Positions 57,653-64,000 of a DNA stretch of 64,000 nt are shown here, in pieces. The notes beneath the pieces are model-generated. The model searched no databases. It was not told where the DNA came from and saw only the letters and a program-made list of their open reading frames with translations. Source of the stretch: an uncultured virus (IMG/VR IMGVR_UViG_3300044626_000606) (lineage: Duplodnaviria > Heunggongvirae > Uroviricota > Caudoviricetes); IMG/VR virus record IMGVR_UViG_3300044626_000606; one strand, given 5' to 3'. How positions within the stretch are numbered: the first letter of the stretch is position 1; each line of letters starts with the position of its first letter. A program made the position numbers and the translations under genes.

Positions 57653-57883
57653 CTAATTCCCGTGAAGTTTACCCCAAATCCAACTCCAAGCCACAGAGAC
57701 AACAAAGCCTACTGCCCCGGCCCAGCCGAAGGCAACATTCATTTGTTTTTCGAGATGACGAAGCCTCTCGTCGTGACCGACAAGATGTCCGTCGTGGCGT
57801 TTCAGCAGATCCGTCAAAGCATCAAGCTTTGCGTCCAGACCCGCTAGCCTTGCCACTATCTCTGATACTTCCTTCCTTGGCAT
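57653..57883 (-). CDS. XhlA-like coiled-coil plus TM protein
   Basis: Coiled coil followed by a C-terminal TM helix. Confidence 0.55.
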   Translation of the reverse strand: MPRKEVSEIVARLAGLDAKLDALTDLLKRHDGHLVGHDERLRHLEKQMNVAFGWAGAVGFVVSVAWSWIWGKLHGN

Positions 57884-58118
57884 ACAATTCGTCCAGTTGT
57901 TTAAGCTTACGATTAAGTCTATCGCGCACGGCTTCTGGATTCAAACGGAAACCACAGACCCTAAACAGGTCTTCGGCTGTATCGAAAAACTCCCGAAAAT
58001 GCTCGGGAGTAAAAGCCCAATCGGGCTTGCGTTTGGCCCGACAAGGAGAGATGGCTAGATCTAGATCGGCAACCGCCTGTTCGACGATTGCTGCGGTCAG
58101 ATCAAGCCATCCCCTCAT
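57822..58118 (-). CDS. Hypothetical protein
   Basis: L..AIVEQAV.D...FF...F...C motif. Confidence 0.55.
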   Translation of the reverse strand: MRGWLDLTAAIVEQAVADLDLAISPCRAKRKPDWAFTPEHFREFFDTAEDLFRVCGFRLNPEAVRDRLNRKLKQLDELYAKEGSIRDSGKASGSGRKA

Positions 58119-58449
58119 CAGCCCCCTCTTCGACAGCTTCAACAAAGGATGTCTCTTCGTCTTCTTCCTCCTCCATCTCTTCTGTCTTGGGGGATACCTT
58201 GGCTCGGACTTCCGTCCCTTCGATTGACTCCAGCACCATCTTACCCTTGGCGTAGCGGAATTTCGCAACGGCCTCAAAGGGTTCGTTGGGTTGGACATCG
58301 GCGGGGGGAACAAAGCCTGCGGGGATCGGAAACACAACTTCGCCGTCTTGGGTCGGAGCAGTCTCCGGCTCAATCTGGGCGACTTTGTCCGTCTTTGCCA
58401 CTGCGGGAGGTTCCCGCATCGCAATTAATACAGCTTCTGGTGTGTTCAT
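58102..58449 (-). CDS. Acidic hypothetical protein downstream of the capsid gene
   Basis: Glu-rich C-terminus. Confidence 0.55.
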   Translation of the reverse strand: MNTPEAVLIAMREPPAVAKTDKVAQIEPETAPTQDGEVVFPIPAGFVPPADVQPNEPFEAVAKFRYAKGKMVLESIEGTEVRAKVSPKTEEMEEEEDEETSFVEAVEEGADEGMA

Positions 58450-58461
58450 TGTTTGAATGGA

Positions 58462-58497
58462 AGCACCTCCCAGGGGGATAGAACCCCTGGGAGGCAC
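58462..58497 (-). terminator. GC-rich hairpin after the major capsid gene
   Basis: CCTCCCAGGGG-TTCTATC-CCCCTGGGAGG; weak U-tract. Confidence 0.55.
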
Positions 58498-58512
58498 GAC
58501 TTACTCAATCAA

Positions 58513-59727
58513 TTACGAGTAGCAACCGACAAGGTTCAAGTCGTTGTTGCAACGCGAGTGACGGATCACATATCCGTACTGCGGGAACACCGGCTTGGAA
58601 CCGCTGCCGAACACAGCGCGGAAGAACCCAATGGCACCGTCCGGATTGTTATCACGATCCGGAATATTGCGCCAAGTGAAGTCCCCACGGAAACTGTGAG
58701 GGTCAAAGTTCATCGCACCCGTGCCACTGATCGGCTTCGGGATCAAGGAGGTGAACACATCCTGATGGAAGATGATCGTGTCCTCGAACTCAGCCGTTTC
58801 GTAGGCGGGGTTGATGTCATATTTGTATCCCTGCGTGCCAGCCGCACTGCGGATGAACGGATACCGGCGCACATAGGAGCCAGCAACCTTATCCCAGCGA
58901 GGGGCATAGGGGTCGACGAGGTGGTGGAACCCACGATAGGTCCGATTGACGCCCAGAGGGGCGAGCAATTCGTTAACCCGATCGCTCCAGCGGAAGTCCT
59001 GACGGATATCCGCATTGGAACGGATCAAGTCGTCGGAAGCTTCCGAAGACATGATCGCAAGGAACACCGGAGCTCCGTTGGAACGATCGTACACGTTGTT
59101 GCCTGCGCCGTCGCGGATCAACTTCATGTAGATACGATCCAGGATACCCTGGGTCAGCTTGCTGGTGGGGGAGTTGCCAGCCGCGCCGGTGCCAAGGAAC
59201 GCACCCGTGCTGACCTCTTCGAGGTTAGGGCGGGCGATGACCTTGTGATCCGACAGGCGGACGTACTCATCACGATAACGCTCTTTCCAGACTTCGCTCG
59301 TGGCGTCGGTGAGGATCGCCATGATGTTGGCGAGCTGCTCTTTCCGTTTCAGCGGGAAGCGCAGATCGTTCAAGCAGATGTCCGGGCTATTGAGCGCGGT
59401 TTGCTGGAGGTTGTAGGTCCGAAGGGTCTGACCGAACTCGATCGTTTCGGCGGAAGGGGCGCAAGAGCCCGAGCCGACGCTACCCGTGGGGTAGGCAGGA
59501 TTCGAGGATAGGTTAGCCCAAGAGACCTTGGGGGTTCCGTCGCTCTTATAGGGGAGCGAACGTTCGTAGACCAGGACGGAAACGGAATCACCCATCTCAT
59601 CCGGCCACGCATCTTGTTTTACGAGCTTGAGCCAAGGAGAGGTGTCGACAGTCCGACGATAGATGTCGGGACCAATACGACCGCTCTCTTTGATCAACAG
59701 CTGCTCGACGTCAAACGTAGTAGCCAT
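58513..59727 (-). CDS. Major capsid protein
   Basis: 404 aa; C/G-ending codon bias typical of a highly expressed gene; own promoter and downstream hairpin; size and position fit. Fold not verified. Confidence 0.75.
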   Translation of the reverse strand: MATTFDVEQLLIKESGRIGPDIYRRTVDTSPWLKLVKQDAWPDEMGDSVSVLVYERSLPYKSDGTPKVSWANLSSNPAYPTGSVGSGSCAPSAETIEFGQTLRTYNLQQTALNSPDICLNDLRFPLKRKEQLANIMAILTDATSEVWKERYRDEYVRLSDHKVIARPNLEEVSTGAFLGTGAAGNSPTSKLTQGILDRIYMKLIRDGAGNNVYDRSNGAPVFLAIMSSEASDDLIRSNADIRQDFRWSDRVNELLAPLGVNRTYRGFHHLVDPYAPRWDKVAGSYVRRYPFIRSAAGTQGYKYDINPAYETAEFEDTIIFHQDVFTSLIPKPISGTGAMNFDPHSFRGDFTWRNIPDRDNNPDGAIGFFRAVFGSGSKPVFPQYGYVIRHSRCNNDLNLVGCYS

Positions 59728-59910
59728 TGTAGTAGTTACCTTTCACTAAGGGTTAATGGAATGTAAGCCCAGCAACACTATGTTGTTGGCATCCCATCAG
59801 TTTTCCCCGGCGGCATCCCGAGAGTTTTTGTTGCCCGACGCATCAGTTGTTTTCAGCTATGCAGCGGCGGCCTGCACTTACGCCCGTGCCTATTCAACCT
59901 AGCAACTCTA

Positions 59911-59937
59911 AAAATAACACCCTATAGAATCTGTCAA
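59911..59937 (-). promoter_or_regulatory. Promoter TTGACA-N15-TATTTT for the capsid gene
   Basis: Read directly from sequence; implies a leader of about 175 nt. Confidence 0.5.
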
Positions 59938-60638
59938 GTGGGTGTATTTAATATTTTTTCGATTTCTGGCAGACATTCCTTAATACCGCCCCACGACCAA
60001 AATTGCCGAACATAGACCTCTTCTTGGTGCGGGTCTTTCCACTCAAACTTAGACCGAAACTTTTCCCAGGCAAAAGCACCCAAAACATTAAACTCCGAAA
60101 AGCTTTTGTGCGGACGGGAGGTTACATAATCGGCTAGAGGCTTTCTATGCCTAGCTTCAAGATAGGTTCTAAGCTCGTTGTATATCCACCTAGGGTACAC
60201 AAAAGGGTGCCTACGCATAAACTCAAACTGGGGAACCCATCCAAGTGTTTCTGCAACAATAGGTTGCCAATGGCAACCTTCGAGTTTTGAATATGGTTCA
60301 TAAAAAGCTATGGGTCTTCCTTCTGTAATTAAGAGCTCTGGGGAGATCGGTTTTGTCCAAATTGTATCGGAATCAAAATGACAGACATAGTCGGAGTCTG
60401 TGTAGGTGTCGGCCAAAAGTTTTGTGACCTGTTGTCCAAGGTAATCGTCGGGGTATTTGGGGCATTCGTGCACCTTTTCCTTGGTTAAGTGTTTAAGGAG
60501 GTGTCCATCACCCTCTGGGACAACAATGTGGATATCTCTAAAACCTCTGGCAAATAGTTCGCATGACTTTAGGCAGTGAGCCAGCCATTCAAAATCCCCA
60601 CGATAGCTTCTAATAAAAAGGTCTACCGAGGCCGACAT
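59934..60638 (-). CDS. Glycosyltransferase-like protein (GT-A, DUF6492-like)
   Basis: QQVTKL, HFDSD, FSEFN motifs. Confidence 0.65.
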   Translation of the reverse strand: MSASVDLFIRSYRGDFEWLAHCLKSCELFARGFRDIHIVVPEGDGHLLKHLTKEKVHECPKYPDDYLGQQVTKLLADTYTDSDYVCHFDSDTIWTKPISPELLITEGRPIAFYEPYSKLEGCHWQPIVAETLGWVPQFEFMRRHPFVYPRWIYNELRTYLEARHRKPLADYVTSRPHKSFSEFNVLGAFAWEKFRSKFEWKDPHQEEVYVRQFWSWGGIKECLPEIEKILNTPT

Positions 60639-61276
60639 AAGATATCGTACTGGAACCGATTTGGTTCTGGGTGTGGCTCCATATCATATTTTAACTCATC
60701 AGATATATACTCCAAAAGGCCTTCTAGGCTTTCACCCTGGCGGTAAAGAGCGTTGCTGTTGCACTCAACCCAAAGCATAGGCCGATAAGCCTCAATTGTT
60801 TGTCTGGCTCCACGCAAAGCAGAAATTTCGTGACCCTCGACATCAAGCTTGAAAAAGTTCAGCTTTTTCAAGTTAATCGAGTCCAGATCCAGAACAACGA
60901 CTTTCTCGATCCCGGCACCTCCAAGATGGCCAGCACCGGCATTGGGGGAATTCGAGTACACATATTCCCCACGCTTGTCGCTTAAGCCATAAGGCATACT
61001 CACGGCCTTCGGGCAATTGTGGACTAGACATTCAAAAGCTTTTGGGTTTGGTTCAAAAGCGTATACGGCTCCAGACGCACCAACTTTCTCGAGATAGGCG
61101 ATTGTGTGATCACCAATAAAAGCACCGGCGTCGACAACAAAATCACCTTCGTTGATATTCGGAAGAATAAAGCTCAAGGAATAATCGTCGTGGGCAAGCT
61201 TACCGGACTCCTGCACCCACTTTGATATGTGGGTGTCACCTTCAATCACCGCAAGGTTATTTGGGAGAAGTTTCAC
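60623..61276 (-). CDS. FkbM-family SAM-dependent methyltransferase
   Basis: VDAGAFIGDHT, AFEPN, KLDVEGHE..AL.GA. Confidence 0.9.
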   Translation of the reverse strand: MKLLPNNLAVIEGDTHISKWVQESGKLAHDDYSLSFILPNINEGDFVVDAGAFIGDHTIAYLEKVGASGAVYAFEPNPKAFECLVHNCPKAVSMPYGLSDKRGEYVYSNSPNAGAGHLGGAGIEKVVVLDLDSINLKKLNFFKLDVEGHEISALRGARQTIEAYRPMLWVECNSNALYRQGESLEGLLEYISDELKYDMEPHPEPNRFQYDILCRPR

Positions 61277-61304
61277 AAGTTGCGAGTGTAGTCGATAGGT
61301 TTGT

Positions 61305-61967
61305 TTAGGCCAACACCTTCTTTTTGACAAAATTTAAAAGTTTAACTTTATTCCCGATACCCCTAACCCAATTGGCGTGATGCATAAGTATGCTTTTGGG
61401 TATTTCAAGATCCTCTTGCCCTTCCCAGATTTGGTTGTTGGTCGCTGACGAAATTGTATAATACTTTTCGTTTGGGAGGAAATCGAAGGAAATCGTATCG
61501 GCTATGGTGTTTGCCGCAAGTTGTTCATCCTGGTACTTCGGTAGAAGATCCAGAATTTTTTCGTAAAAGCCTTCCGATGTCGAATTGCACTTAACCAAGA
61601 CAAATCCTGTGCACATGCGGTTTTTATGTTCTGGTTTTGGGGCATCGTCCTGGAACAAAATATCAACGCCATCTCGCCTCTGGCTCAAAATGTCCTCTGC
61701 AAAACCTTCAAAAAACTGGACATCGGCGTCAGAAAGAACCACAAAATTACCAAAATTGCTTCTTATGATCTTTAGGATCAGCCTAACTTTATCGAGCATA
61801 GCGTAAGACCACCCTTCAGAAAAATATTCGCCAGCTTCTGTCCTTTGAGGCAACTCGGCAAAATTTAATGACAATAAATTTTTTGGGTCTGCTCTGAAAA
61901 AAGAAGGCTTGAAAAACTCTAGGAATATTGGTTTGTGGGATTGGGAGAAAAACGAAAAGACTTTCAC
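61305..61967 (-). CDS. Nucleotide-diphospho-sugar transferase (GT77-like)
   Basis: SDADVQFF, FQDD, CTGF, DEQ, HHANW motifs. Confidence 0.75.
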   Translation of the reverse strand: MKVFSFFSQSHKPIFLEFFKPSFFRADPKNLLSLNFAELPQRTEAGEYFSEGWSYAMLDKVRLILKIIRSNFGNFVVLSDADVQFFEGFAEDILSQRRDGVDILFQDDAPKPEHKNRMCTGFVLVKCNSTSEGFYEKILDLLPKYQDEQLAANTIADTISFDFLPNEKYYTISSATNNQIWEGQEDLEIPKSILMHHANWVRGIGNKVKLLNFVKKKVLA

Positions 61968-62632
61968 ACCTTAAGTTCCCTCAATCGGTCAATGAATGAG
62001 CTATTTTTACATTGATGGAACAAAACAGTTTTAGGCTTGAGGATGTCGGTTAAGCTTTTTTTGTCTGGGAAATCAAAATCACGTTTCTGACTCCAAATGT
62101 GCTGGATGAGTTCCGTCCAGTGTGCGTTGTTGACGATATCGTCAGCGCAAGCAACGTCCCAAGCGATGCGATCCAACTTGCAAACATATTGGGCTTGGTG
62201 GAGAACATCTGCCGGGTAAACAGCATTGCCGCTCATATGTAGCGGGACATTCTCGGCTACTACTCTCGCTCCCATAAAGGGCTTACCACACGAATTGTAC
62301 TCAGCCTCAATCTGATCGATCCAGGAGGGGACGATAGGGACACAATCTGCCTCAAACCAGAGGAATGGGCGTTTGATGTCCCAAGTAATATGCTGGCAAA
62401 GTCTTTTAAAAAGGTGGTTCGGGCTCTGAGGCCAGCCACGTTCATCCTCGTCGTGGGGGACAAAGAAACTTGTTTTGGCAAACGGGCTTTTGAAGGCCGA
62501 TGTGTCGACCCTTTTGGATGCGGAAATGATGAGCTCATGTTTCTCCGTGGGTGTCTTGATCTCCTCAATCCAGTCCAGCAAGCGTTGCGCGGCTGGTGCG
62601 TCCAGATGGCTGGTTGGCAAAACCAAAAGCAT
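61964..62632 (-). CDS. Glycosyltransferase-like protein
   Basis: WFEADCVP...W, HMSGNAVY, WD, LFHQCK. Confidence 0.55.
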   Translation of the reverse strand: MLLVLPTSHLDAPAAQRLLDWIEEIKTPTEKHELIISASKRVDTSAFKSPFAKTSFFVPHDEDERGWPQSPNHLFKRLCQHITWDIKRPFLWFEADCVPIVPSWIDQIEAEYNSCGKPFMGARVVAENVPLHMSGNAVYPADVLHQAQYVCKLDRIAWDVACADDIVNNAHWTELIQHIWSQKRDFDFPDKKSLTDILKPKTVLFHQCKNSSFIDRLRELKV

Positions 62633-62636
62633 CGGA

Positions 62637-64000
62637 CTACCCTAGGGCAATAATGTCGGCTGGTATAGCGGTTTTTTTAAGTTTCTCGCCAACTGAACCA
62701 GGTGTGCTGGAAGCCGACGAAAGAGCGTAGTCCCAGACGTTGGCCTGGGTTAAGACGGCGGTACCGACGGTGTTGTCCACCGCTACGCCTGCGGCCACGG
62801 AGCTTGCGGCTGGGACGGCACAGGTGCCGGTAAGGTTGCCTGCGTTGTAGGTGACACCGGAACGGACGTTGGTGACGGCTGGCATTAGGCCAGCGGCGTT
62901 TCCATCAACGAGGGTTTTGGTCCCAGCGGCTGAAGTGTAAAATTTTGCGGTGTTTGTTGAATCGTCGATCAGCTGGAACACTCCTGGTCCGCTTATGGGG
63001 GTATTTCCACGAGCCCCGAACTCAAGTTTCTTAAATCGAATAATCGGGTTTACGTTCTGAGCATTAGCCGCATAGGTAAAACCGTTTATACCAACAGAAC
63101 CTGGACCAAAATCGTTTCCAACAAGTTTATCTGCTATTAAAGTGGCCGTAGAAGAAGCACTATAACCATGGGCAGCAGATCCAATACCTGCGGTAATCGT
63201 ACCGTTAACCGTAATCACTGAATTAACTTCGTTAGAGATCCCAACACCAGCTGCCCCAGAGCCGCCAACAACATTACCATTTATAGTTGCTGGTGAGTTA
63301 TTGTTCGAACGATAAGCTATAGAAGTACTTCCTCCTCCTCCCCCGGTTAAATTGCCATTTATAAGAATTACTTGTCCGGAATTACCAGACCAAAAAGTAT
63401 AATTTTGGGTTGTTGAATTCCCGGCAATCACGTCACCTGTCTGAGTATATTGAGAGCCACTCCCAACAAGATAAACGGCTCCGCTTTGCGTACCAACACC
63501 AGAAGTAGAGCCGTAAATACTTCCATTCACAACCAGTAACCCACCAGCCCTGTGCACAATAGCCGCCTCGCTTTGAGATCCTCCTGCTCCGGTGGAAGCT
63601 GCGTAGACATTTCCGTTAACAGTTATGGTTGCCCCACCATTTATGTCGATTGCTCGGTTTACCAGTGTTCCCGTCACATTACCTGTGATGGTACAAGGGA
63701 TGGAATTTGTATTGTGGTAATATGCTGGGTTACCGAAACCACCTACCCCAGAAGCCCCTCCTGTAAGATTACAATTTATAATTGTGGAAGAAGGTGCGAT
63801 AGATGCTCCAGTAGGACTCCAACCAACAGATAATGCTGCAGTACTACCACTTGTGGAGGTCCCGCCAATCAAAGCTGAACCACTATTAATTTGAGTAAAT
63901 GTTGGGATATTATTAGAATTAAATAAACTTATTCCGTTACAACTGTTTCCACCAGTTCCTCCACGAACTGTCCCAGTCACATATAAGGAGCCACCAGCAT
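62637..64000 (-). CDS. Beta-helical fibre/spike-like protein (5' end outside the window)
   Basis: Repeated (I/V)xGxxxGG units; frame is open to the window edge; C-terminal NVRSGV.Y motif. Confidence 0.65.
   Translation of the reverse strand, partial: AGGSLYVTGTVRGGTGGNSCNGISLFNSNNIPTFTQINSGSALIGGTSTSGSTAALSVGWSPTGASIAPSSTIINCNLTGGASGVGGFGNPAYYHNTNSIPCTITGNVTGTLVNRAIDINGGATITVNGNVYAASTGAGGSQSEAAIVHRAGGLLVVNGSIYGSTSGVGTQSGAVYLVGSGSQYTQTGDVIAGNSTTQNYTFWSGNSGQVILINGNLTGGGGGSTSIAYRSNNNSPATINGNVVGGSGAAGVGISNEVNSVITVNGTITAGIGSAAHGYSASSTATLIADKLVGNDFGPGSVGINGFTYAANAQNVNPIIRFKKLEFGARGNTPISGPGVFQLIDDSTNTAKFYTSAAGTKTLVDGNAAGLMPAVTNVRSGVTYNAGNLTGTCAVPAASSVAAGVAVDNTVGTAVLTQANVWDYALSSASSTPGSVGEKLKKTAIPADIIALG

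Noticed and set aside
58453..59511. 352-aa + strand ORF
   Set aside because: Antisense shadow of the capsid gene.
1..64000. Alternative genetic code, integrase/att site, diversity-generating retroelement
   Set aside because: Long genes read intact in the standard code and all three stop codons are used; no recombinase, reverse transcriptase or template/variable repeat pair was recognised by eye.

Overview
This window is most of a tailed dsDNA bacteriophage genome, probably podovirus-like with an ejectosome. I found no integrase, tRNA or CRISPR array. Both ends cut through genes: TerL runs off the left edge and a fibre-like gene enters at the right edge. No portal is recognisable, so it probably lies outside the window. 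Layout: TerL and a virion protein (- strand, 1-2.6 kb); a replication operon (+, 2.7-13 kb) with RuvC-like resolvase, SF2 helicase, split Cas4-like nuclease, SSB-like protein, dNTP diphosphohydrolase-like protein, PolA and primase-helicase; an origin-like AT-rich region (14.5-14.8 kb); a cluster of tiny basic proteins (-); a probable terminus/pac region (about 16.2 kb); an early region (+, 16.4-27.8 kb) with antisense TerS, TraR-like zinc finger, MoxR-type AAA+ and vWA pair, Gp88-like protein and C5 methyltransferase; and a long late region (-, 28-64 kb) with a 3587-aa polyvalent ejection protein, fibres, tail tube proteins, lysis genes, major capsid protein and a glycosyltransferase/FkbM cluster. 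The most notable observations are: (1) a 58-aa minimal histone-fold candidate missed by the ORF track; (2) small basic proteins sharing MPLGR N-terminal or RGLGGR C-terminal tags, a possible capsid-packaging signal; (3) six sigma70-like promoters with an exact 15-bp spacer, five apparently leaderless; (4) repeated GAA(M/V)P linkers separating kinase, ADP-ribosyltransferase, peptidase-like and sigma-like modules in the giant protein; (5) a split Cas4-like gene; (6) an overprinted methyltransferase beta subunit. All family calls come from motif recognition by eye; no searches were run.
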